A stretch of DNA of 64,000 nucleotides from Octopus sinensis. Its lineage: Eukaryota. The position numbers and the translations under genes are program-made. Under the pieces are notes generated by a model. It was not told where the DNA came from. It ran no database searches and saw only the letters and a list, made by a program, of their open reading frames with translations. The stretch is from positions 25,420,001 through 25,484,000 of the forward strand of contig NC_042997.1 in the NCBI RefSeq assembly GCF_006345805.1, in the 5' to 3' direction. Shown piece by piece: positions 41,023 through 54,205 of the stretch; positions within the stretch are counted from its first letter, which is position 1; each line of letters opens with the position of its first letter.

Positions 41023-41348
41023 GACCCCCTTCGGTCATGAATGACCATGGGATTGCACTTAGAAAGTTACCCTCCTAGACACAAGTCTGGGCAAGGTTGT
41101 TTTTATGGAAGGCCAGCAGTCGCCCATGCATACCAGCCTCCCCTCTCCACGCCACCAGTGTTATCCAAGGGAAAGACAAAGGTCGATACAGCTTGGCACC
41201 AGTGACGTCGCAACTCATTTCTACAGCTGAGTGAACTGGAGCAACGTGAAATAAAGTGCCTTGCACGAGAACACAACACGCAGCCCGGTCCGGGATTCGA
41301 GCTCACAACCTCACGATCGTAAGCTCAACGCTCTAACCACTGAGCCAT
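41023..41348 (-). mobile_element. tRNA-derived SINE family D
   Basis: atggctcagtggttagagcg...gagctcgaatccc head; gtgcaaggcactttatttcacgttgctccagttcactcagctg core; tail gaccgaagggggtc. Confidence 0.85.
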
Positions 41349-41360
41349 ATATGTGTGTGT

Positions 41361-41392
<32 letters not shown>

Positions 41393-41544
41393 GGTATGTA
41401 GAAAAATACAACATGGACAAGAACGTATAACTCATAGAAGACGATACAATAAACATGGACAGGACATTCGAACCCCTCAGTCTTCAATATATATATAATA
41501 TAGATATATATATATATATTATATATACACAATTCTCATATAAA

Positions 41545-41958
41545 TTAGTGTACATTTCTATACACAAAAGAAGTGACCCTAACATGACACCTTACATGGT
41601 GAAAAGGTCAGTTAGAACCCAAACCACGGTTAAGAGTAACTTTAATGGGAATGAAAAACAGGTATGTTCTTAGTAAACTTTTACGTGGATTTGAAAAAAG
41701 TGTAATGTATATAAATAGAACATGTGTGTCTTCAGTATTCCACAAATATACATTAATTATTGCGCCCATGTTGATGACAATTTATGTTATTTGTTCACTG
41801 ATGTCAAAACTCGAGTACATGTGTTAACTATTGAAATGTTTTTATCTTTCGTTCCCTTTCAAATTACTCCTCTCCATGGATTAGGTTTTAACTGCCCTTT
41901 TCAGTATGTGAGTTGTCCTGATAGGGTCACCTCTCTTGTGTATAGAAATGTGCGCTAA
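41545..41958. mobile_element. MITE-like element with about 45-bp imperfect TIRs
   Basis: ttagtgtacatttctatacacaaaagaagtgaccctaacatgaca versus the reverse complement of tgtcctgatagggtcacctctcttgtgtatagaaatgtgcgctaa (6 mismatches). Confidence 0.7.
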
Positions 41959-42279
41959 ATTATGTAAAAAATATGTCCATTGACTCTCTATTGCATGCTG
42001 GCTACTGGTAGAACAATTCTCTAAATTTTCTACCGTAAATATTGTAAATATTTTCATAGTGAAATTTTATATATATACATATATACACACATTAGTTATG
42101 ACCGATCAGAAAGTTATCGCTCTTCTCACGTTTATTATGCATTTAGCAGTATAGGTAACTCATAAAATCTGCTGGCATAATCTCTTTTGTAACGAAGCTA
42201 GTAATACACTCTTAGTCAGTCTGGTAGTAAAAGAAAGTGAAGAAGCAAAGAAAAAAATACTATTTTCGGATTGAGACCC

Positions 42280-42525
42280 CTTCTTGTGAGAGTAGGATCT
42301 GTAATGTTTTTTTAGCGATTCGAACTGTGTCCGGAAATGGATCGTTTATAAGTATCTCAAAAACGGGTAACCCTGTGACAGCCTTCCGATCAAGAGGAAT
42401 GTTCTACTACTCACCTAGCGAGCGGTGGGACACCATTCGAAAGCTAGAAAACGATGCAAAGTGCATTGTGACCACTGATGTATAAGGAAATCTGATACTC
42501 AGGTCGATTCCGTGATCACGTGATA
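42280..42525 (+). mobile_element. Old diverged SINE with family E-like tail
   Basis: Ends gcattgtgaccactgatgt...atctgat...ggtcg...cacgtgat, like 27855-27965. Confidence 0.45.
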
Positions 42526-43469
42526 TATTTAATTGCATTCTCATTCTCACTCATATTTGTTTATGTAAATAGTTTCTCTACTCTTAGAATATGACCAACA
42601 TTTCATTTCAAAAAGTGGCAAGCAAAAACCTGTAGCTGTGGCAGCTTCCAGTTGGAAGCATGTAGAAAGGAATAAAAATTGCTAGCCTGCTCTTTAGTTC
42701 TCCATCTTACAGGGTAATTATTGGACAGACATTTTAGCACGCAGGACGCGATGCTTCGGGATTTTTGCTCCAGTTCCCTTCGCGTTTCGTATAAAATCTG
42801 TTCCAATTCATCTTGATTTTCAACGTTTTTTAGTCGATTTAAAAAAAAATAATAAGTAGCTTTCTCAGACTGGTAGATTGGCATAGATGGATAACTTGCG
42901 TTGTTTTTTCAATGCTTTGTACTCTGAAATCTCCCGACGTCTACTGGACTTTTCTCATCTCTCATCTGGCGCATTTTTGTTGAGGATCCAAGGAAGCAAT
43001 GGAAAAACGTAATAGGAAATAAAATGAAGGCAAAATTCATGGGATTGACCTCACATAAGAATATAAGGTACATTTAATAAGCATACAAGTAGACTATAAT
43101 TTTACGACCGTGCTTTTACTACTATGAGGAACTAGAACAGAACTCATCCAATTTCGCCTCAAGAGAAGAACCAGTCTAACGATAATTATACAAAATTATA
43201 GCAAAGAAGAAAGTGATTTCATTCATATTACAAGCCTGTTAATTAACTAGCAAGTTTTGCAGATTGTGACTAAATGTACATTTATGAAAATTTTGAGATA
43301 GCATGTTCTTCTATAATCTTTAGGAGTCTATTCTTGAGTTTCTTTAATTTTGTTGAAATTAATTGCTGCATTATACGTATGTGAATACTTTCATTCACAC
43401 ATACATACACACATACACCCATACGTACATACATACATACCTACATGCATACATACAGTGAAATAGACC

Positions 43470-44290
43470 GTCAGACAGATAGACATGGTGACTACTCGTT
43501 AGACGAGCATGATCATTGCTGACAAGTAGACTTATAATTGATTGTTCCTACGAACGTGGGATCGACAGTGAGTCATGAGTCCGACGAGAGAGACTTACAG
43601 TTTGCCGCAACGACTTCAAACTAAATCCCTATTTTCGGCCTGACATTTAGGTCTGTCATGCGGAGGATCATTATCGATTTTGGGTCTACAATAACGAATT
43701 CAGCATATTCTGTTGGCGGTTTGTCTATCTAACTCCTGAAGTGTATTTAGAGTCCTGCGTTTGTCAAGCATATTCGGCCACACTTATGGCGAGCAAACTG
43801 CAGAATAGATAATTGAACATATTTTCTTTTGCGGGTAGCTATTTTACGTTTTTGACCAGCTTATTGATTTTGCATAGAATGAGCAATATCCTTCGTATTT
43901 TTTTTTCTCTTGTTTCTGTCGCTAGCCTATTCTTCCCAGTTGCGAAGGGTCGAGATTGAATTGCAACCGCGAGATTTGAGACAATTTTTGAAACGGTTCT
44001 GAGGAGTTGTTCTCTCCTCCAGCTTGGAAATTTGAGTATCAACCAGCTGTATGAGATGTCCTAACTGGCGAAGGCGGTGCTTCTGTTTAAATGAGCTTGT
44101 TTGGTGAGTTCATCAACACGTTGAAATATCTCTCTATCTGGAACATGTGAAGTCTAGGGAAGGCTCACGATCGATCTCAGACAGCGCAGGTGGAAGCGCT
44201 ACAGTAAGTTTCAACACTTTCTGAAAACCATCAAGGACGTGCAAGAGTAAGGAAGACTCGTAAGAACACGTGCATTATAGACACATGCGC
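43470..44290 (-). mobile_element. RTE-clade LINE 3' fragment
   Basis: FHLRCLRSIVSLP*TSHVPDREIFQR, HRLRQLGHLIQLVDTQISK, RFKNCLKS...NWEE*ASDRNK, and a terminal CHKCGRICLTNAGL*IHFRS zinc finger; followed by a (TGTA)n tail. Confidence 0.85.
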
Positions 44291-44549
44291 CCACGTACAC
44301 GTGAACGTAGGCGCGATCGATGCCGTCAGTAGCCGGGAGTGTGTGGCGATATGCACCGGGTAAAAACAGCGACGTGGTCCGACCCGTAAGTCGAAAGAAT
44401 CAGACCCGTAAGCTTACGGGTCGGCCCACGCTGGATAGTCACACTCTAGGTGACCGTCGCACCCCAAGGAGGTTCAGACTACTATGTAGGGTTGTGGTTG
44501 ATCGGCATAGGTGACCGTCTGGAAGGGATGTCCTCGTAGCTCCTTTTCT

Positions 44550-45152
44550 GCCAACGGTTAGAGACCACATGCGTTCTTGAAGTGCAGAAAAACCCTTTGA
44601 CACCACTCTAATCGCTTTGCAACATTTGTTTTTAAAAGTGGTGATTTTCTGATTACAGCCCACCCTTGAAATCCGGCTTTGGGCAACTCGCGGCGAACAG
44701 TTTTTGTAGAAACTGGGTTCTCGATGTGGTCATTAATCTCTGAAGTAATTTTCGAAGCTGTTCTTTTGTGATACTTTCTAGCAATTCACGGAAGAGTCCG
44801 ATGGTCCCCTATCTGAAAGTTATGGTTTTCTTCCGGAGTTTTGATTTGACAAAGAGGTTCTTTCTTTCTTTCTTTCTCAAAGGCTGTCATTACTTTCGGC
44901 TGTTTTCGTTACGCTAGCGCCTGCTATACGAGCACTAACAATTTAACCTCTTCCAAAGTCCGATAGATCTTCATTTTAATGTATTCTATTTATCTTTTTC
45001 TGATCATATCTGTAAAGAAACAGCAATTTTAGCAAAGCATGCTAAGCAACACTAAAAACAAATAAAAACCTAAAAAGTTTGACGGTTTTATAGATATTTT
45101 AACATTACGATGCGATGATGCTAGGTGTTTCAATTATTTTGTCCTACCCCTG
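44550..45152 (-). mobile_element. Tc1 transposon 5' part (TIR plus HTH region of transposase)
   Basis: TA|CAGGGGTAGGACAAAATAATTGAAACACC TIR ending at 45152; DLSDFGRG*IVSARIAGASVTKTAE...NDHIENPVSTKTVRREL.KAGF.G...IRK...RLEWC; 3' truncated. Confidence 0.88.
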
Positions 45153-45479
45153 TATATGTATACTTATGTGTTAATGTTTAAAATTATATTTTTAAAGACA
45201 AGTTATATTTTACTTTTCGTTTAATTTATAATTATGATTAATATATATTTTTGCTGTTGAAATACACACACATTCACATATATGCATATAAACATATATG
45301 TGCGCGCGTGTGTGTGTAGAGGCTATCTCTCTCTCTCTCTCTTTAATATAATAATAATAGTAATAATAATAATAATAATAATGATAATAATGATAATAAT
45401 AATAATAATATATGCATATATGGACACACATACGTACATGCATACGTTTATTGTGTTTTTTCCTTACATGTCTTGAGTT

Positions 45480-45675
45480 CGTTGCACTGAAGAGCATAGA
45501 ATGCATATTCTGCATTGATTGCGAAATCACAGGTGATATATAACTAAATTCTGTTCTTAAATGACTTGCTTTGAAGTTTTGCATTCGGTACAATTTGTTT
45601 ATTTTAGTAGTTTTGACTGCAAGAGTCCCTCATAGCGTGCGGTACCTATGAATAATAGTACCCTCTATATAATAT
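45480..45675. mobile_element. End of an unclassified dispersed (probably TIR) element
   Basis: Homologous to 57865-58020 (gaaatcac.ggtgata...aaatg.cttgctttgaa...gtccctc.tag.gtg.gg...ccctctat). Confidence 0.55.
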
Positions 45676-45690
45676 AATATATATATATAT

Positions 45691-45699
<9 letters not shown>

Positions 45700-45762
<63 letters not shown>

Positions 45763-45975
45763 GTGCGTGCGTGTGTGTGTGCGTGATTGTGTTTGTGTGT
45801 CTGTGTTTGTTCCCCAACATCGCTCGACAACCGATGTTGGTGTTATGTCCCCGTAACTTAGCAGTTCGGCAAAAGAGACCTATAGAATAAGTACAAAGAA
45901 TATGTCCTGGAGTTGATTTGCTCAACTAAAGGCGGTGCTCCAGCATGGCCACAGTCAAATGAGTGAAACAAGCAA
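45700..45975 (+). mobile_element. SINE family A, 3' half
   Basis: Family A tail. Confidence 0.88.
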
Positions 45976-45989
45976 AAATTGATAAAAAG

Positions 45990-46614
45990 GAAGGATTAAT
46001 TTATGAAAATTATACGTGTACCATGTTGCTGATGCAAATGTAACCTAAAGAACACACTTGCTTCAACTCCTTCACATGTACTTGAGATACAGAAATCATC
46101 TTTGTATATTGCCGCTGAATTGCCTGGAGATACACAGTTTGTTTCACATGCTCTGGACTCCATAGATGGGAGCAGTAGTCCAAGTGGTTGAGAACGAAAA
46201 TCTCCCATAGGATTTTCCTGGTTCTGAATGTCCTCAGAATCCATCTAGGCACACACCTACACAGAGATGGTAATATGCACATGGTAACATGCATCATAGT
46301 AATATGCATCTTGGAAATATGTACATGGAATGTTGCACCATTGCTCATGTAAATCCCCAATTTAACGCGCCGTCTCTGACTCTGGGATCGTATTACCGTT
46401 TGGTCTAGTGTATTCTTATTTTAGCCTGGTATTGGGCCGATAGTGGAGTGCCTGAAAACTTATTATATTGAACTGCATGTTATTTTGTTAGCCCATTTGT
46501 ATATTTCATTCAAGTCTTTCTAGAGTTTTATGTCTTCTAGGTTCCTAACTGCCTGCGATACTTTTTTGTCGTCAGCACAACTGGTTAGATTGGCTGACTG
46601 TACCGCGGATGACG

Positions 46615-46615
<1 letters not shown>
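45990..46615 (-). mobile_element. CR1-like LINE fragment
   Basis: SCADDKKV...KDLNEIYKWANK (YADD region) and FVLNHLDYCSHLWSP...LQAIQRQYTK. Confidence 0.82.
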
Positions 46616-46665
<50 letters not shown>

Positions 46666-46679
46666 GTAAAAAGCGAAAA

Positions 46680-47190
46680 AGCTACAGAAGGCTTGTTTTA
46701 AAAGGTTAAAAAATATATATTTGAGTCAATATGTCTGAAGAATGTTATAAATTTTTTTCATACAATGACATAGTTTAGAAGAAATGACCAGTTTCGCGTT
46801 CAGCTTTTCAAATTTCTTAAATCGCTATGTTTACGTTGAGCAGAGATCTAGATAGTAATTGATTTCTTCCAGTGTAAGGGCGATAATCGCTTAAAATTAT
46901 TTGCCTTTCTTTTGGACTGAGTTTTTCTGTATAAGTATGTTGGAATGGTTAAGTTTGGGCTTGTATTTTTCAATGAAGAATGTTTCCTTGTTTAGTCTAA
47001 TATGTTTTGGTGTTCCGATAGCACATTGGTAGAATGGAAAGATTAAAAATTGTGGTAGTAGTTGCTTTGCGCATTTCTCAATGTGCTCACTAAAGGGTAT
47101 CATTCTGTATTCTGGGAATGCAATCTGTTGTCGATGCAGTGTGCATCTACGTCTGAGTGATAGTCCCGTGGATCCCACATAGTCTTGTGT
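46680..47190 (-). mobile_element. Penelope-like element 3' end: GIY-YIG endonuclease plus pLTR
   Basis: QDYVGSTGLSLRRRCTLHRQQI...SEHIEKC...IFPFY...RLNKETFFIEKYKPKLN matches the PLE GIY-YIG pattern (YxG-T...R...H...E...P-LN). ORF 46897-47178; 5' truncated at (TG)n. Confidence 0.85.
46779..46818 (-). ncRNA. Minimal type I hammerhead ribozyme, U3-A8 variant
   Basis: AAGAAAU-UUGAAAA-GC(UGAAC)GC-GAAA-CUGGUC-AUUUCUU: 7-bp stem I, 2-bp stem II, stem III ACUGGU (self-complementary with G.U), GUC site at 46786. Confidence 0.7.
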
Positions 47191-48039
47191 GTGTGTGTGT
47201 GTGTATTAAAAACAGCTATTTTATTTCACCCGGGTAGAAATATAGGAGAAATAGAAGTTGAAACTGTACTGAGAATATATATGACAGTATATTTTGCGCC
47301 TAAAACGTAGGCGTTGAGAGAACATGTTTAGTTATAATCAAGGCACACCAAATTTAATCTGACTGGTGGGAGAGTGGAAATGATTCTTTTGTAAGTGCTT
47401 TAGTTGCTAAAATTTAGGTTTCTAGCTGTGTCGTTTCCTTATAAGTGGAGGAAAGAATGTTCTGCATAAATAGTTATTTGTGTATATATTCTGTTAAAGT
47501 TTGTACATTTGTATGAAATTATTTTCCTCGCTTCTCCTCCTTTCTGGGCGCAAACTATACTTTCACGAGACACTAACGCACGAACGTAGCGGGGAAAAAG
47601 ACAAACGGTTATAAATTTAATCCCGTGTTCATTCTCTACAAACACTTGATAGAAAACGTTCAGATCATTCATTTTTTTGGACATGTTCAGTCAACCATAT
47701 CAGCCTTAACTTGCGACGCCAAACATTGTCACATGATACTAACTCACAGACGTAGCGGGCATCCTATAAACAATCACTAAGACGAGCCATGTGACTACCA
47801 TCTACCAATCTAAACCTATTCAGAATGTATACTAGTTTGAGACATGAAGTCCCTACAAAATTAGAGCAAACTTCAAACTCTAATCGGAAGTACAGCTGCA
47901 ACATAAGACATGTCTATATATTTCAACATTTCAAAAATACACACATAACACAAACACCCACCCACATATATTATGTATGTAATATATATATATATATATA
48001 TATGTAAATATATATATTATATATATAGTATATAAAACT

Positions 48040-48588
48040 AGATAAAACTTAGATATGTTTCGACCAGAGATTGGTCCAGGCCATGTCTAACTTAATAGCA
48101 CCACCTGATAGGATTATTCGAATCCTGTTTAAGTCAAGTTTGTTCAAGTAGTGAGTTCTTGTTGGGTGAGTTGTATCCAATTATGGGTGGCTTATCTGGT
48201 ATTCTTTGAAGGAATCTATCCAGACTCTGTTTGAAGTTGATGGATCCTTTTCCTCTTTGATCTCCCTCGGGACAATGTTAATAGGGCAGGGCCTGTTGAG
48301 GAAAAGAAATTATGTTGCAGTGTACATTATGTTGTGATCTTGAATTTGGCAGGGGACGTATAGCCCGTGGTCCAAGTCTCGGATGACCTTGAAGCTAATG
48401 TTTAGGTCGTTTGGGCAAAGTTGGCGGTATATTTTCCACATCGTACAAATGATGTACCGCTCACGGCGACGCTGGAGGAGTAAAGTTTCAAGGTTTTAAG
48501 GCGATCCCAATAGTCGAGAGCAGCATGCCTTCAATTTGTTTAGTGAGAGCCCTCTGGGGTGACTTGACTCAATTCTGGAGATGTTTTG

Positions 48589-48590
<2 letters not shown>
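48040..48590 (-). mobile_element. CR1-like LINE 3' end
   Basis: LDYWDRLKTLKLYS...TLQHNFFSSTGPAL remnants; 3' UTR with ctggaccaatctctggtcgaaac stem-loop and a short repeat tail. Confidence 0.82.
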
Positions 48591-48635
<45 letters not shown>

Positions 48636-49142
48636 ATATATATATTATATAATATATACATATAATAAATATTAGGGAATAAATCAAATTTACAGGGAAA
48701 AATCAGATTTAGGATTGAATCAAATTTTATAGTAAAATATATTATATTAAATTAGAGACAAAACCACTATTAATAAATTAATTTATGTATTGGCTTAAGT
48801 CTTTCTTTGTTGATTTGCATAATAGTGGTTTTGTCTCTAATTAATATATATATATATATATATTATAGATATATATATATATATATTATATATATATATA
48901 ACATATCTACACATATATATACATAGATATATATACATATAAATATATATGTAAATGCATATATATGTATAAATATGTAAACGTATGTATTTATTTTATC
49001 TATATATATATATTCCTATATATATATAAGTATATCTATATAGCTATAAGTATATATATATTATATGTTCTCACGAAGTACATAGAAATGTGAAAAAGAA
49101 CTGGAGACTACAGACAAGAATTAATATCTTAATTCTTATATG

Positions 49143-49174
<32 letters not shown>

Positions 49175-49284
49175 ATAATATGTGTGTGTGTGTGTGTGTG
49201 TATACGTATATGTTCATGTATATGTATGTGTACCCATGTATGCATACATACATATATATGTATATATATATGATATATATATAT

Positions 49285-49480
49285 ATGAAGATACGGGAAA
49301 GAATTGTGCCAAATTTTGTGGGATTCAAGGGCCCACAGCACTTTAACATTCGCCCAAAGGGCCTGTGAAACATGCCCACTTAGATGTATGTGATGTTAAA
49401 TCAAAGCTGGGCCTCTTCCTGTCGAGATGCCCAGATGAACCTACCTCCGACAAGAGGTGCAAGAGGTGCAAGTAATACGT
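49285..49480 (+). mobile_element. CR1-like 3' fragment
   Basis: VGFKGPQHFNIRPKGL, then a KSKLDLFLSRVPDEP-like segment. Confidence 0.65.
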
Positions 49481-49495
49481 ACGAATGGGGTGTAT

Positions 49496-49642
49496 TAGGC
49501 GTGGCTGTGTGGTAAGACGATTGCTTCCCACCCATATGATTCGGTATTCAATCCCACTGCGTGGCACCTTGGGTAAGTGACTTCTCTTATAGCCTTGTGC
49601 TAATCAAGACCTTGCGAGGGAATCTTGTAGGCGGAAACTAAC
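49496..49642 (+). mobile_element. Diverged SINE family A head
   Basis: ggcgtggctgtgtggtaag...gtggcaccttggg. Confidence 0.75.
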
Positions 49643-50259
49643 CTACACATGTTCCACCTCACATCTCTTTCTGACGTACACATCCATACGCATACGCACG
49701 CCCTATGGCCATCTTCGTACTCTCCTGCTCCAAGAAACCACATTTTTTATCTCTTTCTTCCTCCGGTCACTTCAGCAATGTAACTACATACATGCTGTTG
49801 GTGACTTCTTATCCTTTTTGGACTTTTCCTTTCTCCTTTCCAGCGAAGAGCTACGATCGAAATGTCAAAAGCTCTCTCGCGTTACGGAGCTTCAAACTAA
49901 TACATTCCTTGTGCCCGTCCTCTGCGAAAAGATCTCAGAATTTTAATTGATTTGCTTTTCGCAGGAAGGAAAGTTTTCTTGTCGAAGATACGTCTCGCTT
50001 TTATCCTTCGAAACGTAGAGTATATGAAACCTTTAGCAACTGAAGAAGGGGTTTGTTCTTTGTGTTGATTGTCCTGTACTCTGTTTTTTGCTGTTTTTAA
50101 AAAAAAGGTCCAGTTCCTTTGGTTGTGTCTATGTTTTCGTTTCTCATTGTGTTCGACGCTCTTTTGGTGTCCTATACTCATATATGCGTGTATATGTACA
50201 TGTAGAGGTAGGTACGTACATATATGTTTATATATATGCATATGTTTTATTTTATTTAT

Positions 50260-50291
<32 letters not shown>

Positions 50292-50308
50292 CATACATAT
50301 ATATATAC

Positions 50309-50357
<49 letters not shown>

Positions 50358-50599
50358 TATATATATATATGCATATATATATATATATATATATGCATTA
50401 TATATAGGCATATATATTTATATATGCATAAATGTATATATGCATGTATACATATATATATACGTATGTATGTATATATATATGCATCTATATACATATA
50501 TATGTATGTATATATGTGTATATATGTATGTATATATTTAGATATGTGTTTATATATATGTAAATATATATATAATTTTATGCATATATATATTTCGCT

Positions 50600-50770
50600 A
50601 GCCACTATGTATTCTTTATTTTCTCTCTTTGTTTCTTTCTGTGATCTTTCTGCGGAAGACAGCAGGCTCGAAACGTTAAAGATTTTTTCACTTCCCAAGC
50701 GTTATACTAATACATCCGTTTGTTGTCTACACCACCTGTCTTCGTCTTTATTTTTTTGTGAATTCTCCAT
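50600..50770 (+). mobile_element. Penelope pLTR-like fragment with a degenerate hammerhead
   Basis: ATCTTT-CTGCGGA...GCTC-GAAA-CGTT-AAAGAT at 50644-50683: perfect 6-bp stem I, A6C core, disrupted stem II; embedded in (TA)n. Confidence 0.55.
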
Positions 50771-51093
50771 ATATATATACATGTATGCATTCATATGAAT
50801 ATATATATGTACATATAAGGATATAATCTATGTGTATGTATATATATATGTATGTATATATATAGATATATATATATATATTATATATATATATATATAT
50901 ATGTATATATTTATATATATGTCTATTTATGTATAATTATCTATCTCTCTCTCTATATATATATATGTATATACGGGTATATATATATGGGTATCGAAAC
51001 GTTAATGACTTTCACGCCTTACCCTATGTAAAACTAGTACACCTGCTTTTGTTTCCACACCTGTCTTCGTCTTATGCTTCCCTGTAAATTTCA

Positions 51094-51141
<48 letters not shown>

Positions 51142-51347
51142 ATATATATATATGTATTGATGTATGTATATACGTATGTATATATGTACGTGTATCGAAG
51201 GAAATACCTTATAACTGTTCCTATGTCAAAGCAATAACCTTTCTTTTTGTTTATACCGCTGTCTACGTGTTTTCTTTTTCTGTAAATTTCAACAATATAT
51301 ATATATATATATATGCATGTATACATATGTTTTGATAGATATATTTG

Positions 51348-51386
<39 letters not shown>

Positions 51387-51393
51387 TTGTGTT

Positions 51394-51431
<38 letters not shown>

Positions 51432-51469
51432 TAGATTTGTATATATATGTGTATATATGTACTCACGGA

Positions 51470-52000
51470 CAAAATCCATCTTGAGAGATAAGTCACTCAG
51501 ACAGCGTTCAGATATTTTAAATCACCGAAATAATCAAACTGAAAGCATCTAAACATCCCGTTTGAAAATACAATTGCTGGAGAATTGAGAAACACCTGCA
51601 ATTCCTCCATGATAAAAACAGAGAAGACAAAGAAAACTCGACTATTGACAATATAAAATCTAACTCGTGGGCCTTTTACAAATTTGTGAAAGAATCACCC
51701 AGGGCACTACAGGATAGTTGCACCCCTCAAAATGATGATTCACTCACAGGAAATTCTATGAGGATAAGTGAAATACTAAATGAGCAATTGAAAAAATTTT
51801 CCCCCACCCGTAGGAAATTTGCAATTCAGCATCTCTGTGTCTGTTTCGTCTCTGCAGATATGAAAACGGAGGCAGTGATAATTGATTAGATGAATATAGG
51901 AGAAGAAGATGTAATAAGGGTTATAGATGTGATGCGCCCGATGTCAGCTACTGGCACTAATGGATTCCCAGCAAACCTTCAAAAAGGCATGCTTTTTATT
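51470..52000 (+). mobile_element. CR1-like ORF2 linker fragment
   Basis: IDNIKSNSWAFYKF...DSLTGNSMRISEILNEQ...EEDVIRVIDVMRPMSATGTNGFP (cf. K-PGPDG). Confidence 0.7.
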
Positions 52001-52499
52001 ACATACTTCATTGAAATGAGATTTTCTCGGTAGCTGGTCCATATTCAAATTATCTTACAAGCCCTGCTGGTGTTTTTCATTTCTTGTTATATTGTTGCAT
52101 GTCACCTTTTATGTATGTTAAATGTGAATGTCTGTTTTTACAAATATGTATTTTCATCAGTCCCATTTTTGCTTATCTTTCTGAATGAAATCTTTCCTTG
52201 TTTCAAAATTTCCAAACGAATACAAAGTAATAACACACCATTTACAAAACTTGCAAGACATCACCCAAAAAATGAGTAAAACAAAAGAAACAACAGCACA
52301 TACAATAAAATTCCTTCATAATACTTATTAGAGTCCGTAAGGAGAAAAATCTACAAAATCATAAAAGTGAGGTAAAGAAAAACTTTAAAACTCAAAACGA
52401 TGATGCAGATCACCATTTATATAAACCTTCAACCGAACAAACTGATTCAACAAAAGATACACCATTAACTCCACATTTAATCAGAAAAAAATTCACATA

Positions 52500-52889
52500 T
52501 AGTATAGGAGCACTCCGTCGGTTACGACGATGAGGGTCCCAGCTGATACGATCAACGGAACAGCTTGCTCGTGAAATTAACGTGTAAGTGGCTGAGCATT
52601 CCACAGACACGTGTACCCTTAACGTAGTTCTCGAGGAGATTCAGCGTGACACAGAGTGTGACGAGGCTGGCCCTTTGAAATACAGGTACAACAGAAACAG
52701 GAAGTAAGAGTGAGAGAAAGTTGTGGTGAAAGAGTACAGCAGGGATCACCACCATCCCCTGCCGGAGCCTCGTGAAGCTTTTAGGTGTTTTCGCTCAATA
52801 AACACTCATAATGCCCGGTCTGGGAATCGAAACCGCGATCCTACGACCGCGAGTCCGCTGCCCTAACCACTGGGCCATTGCGCCTCCAC
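52500..52889 (-). mobile_element. Full-length SINE family C with 13-bp TSD
   Basis: aaaaattcacata at 52487-52499 and 52890-52902. Confidence 0.95.
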
Positions 52890-53699
52890 AAAAATTCACA
52901 TAACAGCAGGTCAAACAGAATTAAGAACTGACCGGAAACAGTTACGAAAACTCAATATTATAACAAAACATTATTGATTAACATGGACCCCCGTAAATCC
53001 TTGCACAAGCTTCTCTCGAATGAATAATTTCATGAGAGGAAAAAGTAAACAAATATAAGACACATGTAATTCTAATCGAGGATCCTAAATACGTGAATAT
53101 TAAACGATCGAATGTTATGCATCTGGTAGCAGTAGTAGTATTGAAGCATACCACATTTAATCCTAACAAAATATAGCAAATAAAATTGAAATCTCAACTA
53201 TCTATATTAAGAGACATAGTTTTAAAAAAATGTATTGTGTTTTATATGAAATAGAAACCTCTAAGTAATTAGAAAGATGTTACATCATTAAGAAAACGTT
53301 GCCCCTGAAATAAAATAGATGCTTAGGAGATAATTAAAACCGTAAATGCATACTGGATACAATGTTTCAATAAACACAACCGTTTTGAATAGTTTAGGGG
53401 AAAATTTACAAAAACCGCATAACACTGGAAAACACAAGAACATAAGCGGAAAGCTAACTATACTAGAAAAGAATATAGAATAAAACTATTTATCACAATT
53501 GCAAGAACAAGTAACCACCATAGTTGGCAAAGCACTTATTGACATTTAAGAATCAGGTGCAACTAAAATTGACAGTGTTCTATAGCCGGATGAAGTATTT
53601 GAAGAGTAGTCATGAATCCACAATTGTTGCTTTGAATATACTTATATGGCTACTGGGGGTAGAAACTATAATAAAGCTTCAAAATAAATTCCAGATTCG

Positions 53700-54205
53700 C
53701 ACAAAACTATAAATTGCTCTCTGAGTTCAAATCTCGCTGAGGTTACTTTTGACATACATCAATTTGTGATAAGTAAAAATGTGCTCCTCTTCAGTCACTA
53801 GGCTGGCATAATACTAAGAATGTTGGATTGGATAATTTATGGTTTTTCAGTACTAGCTGGGAACCCCAGTTCCCAGCTGCTATTATATTTTGTTGACCTC
53901 AGTTGGGCTTGAACTCCGTGTTTAATGATTCGGAAGAAATACCGCTAAATGTTCTGCCCAGCAGTGTAACGATTCTGTCAGCACCTTGCTTTATTTGAAT
54001 TTTTAGCACAAGCCTAAGAATGTTTTGGAGGAGAGATTTTTAGTCGATTACATAGATTCCATTACTATAATAGTGCTTTATTTTACCAACCCCAAGAGGA
54101 TGAAAGGCTAACTCGATCTCTGCGGAATCTGAACTCTGAATATAAAGTTTCGGAAGAAATGTTCCTAAGTGCTTTGGTCGACACGCTAAAGTTCCTGCCA
54201 GATCA
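53700..54205. mobile_element. Old SINE B-related fragments
   Basis: ctctgagttcaaatctcgctgagg (+) near 53720; gatgaaaggctaactcgatctctgcggaatctgaactc (-) near 54100. Confidence 0.55.
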
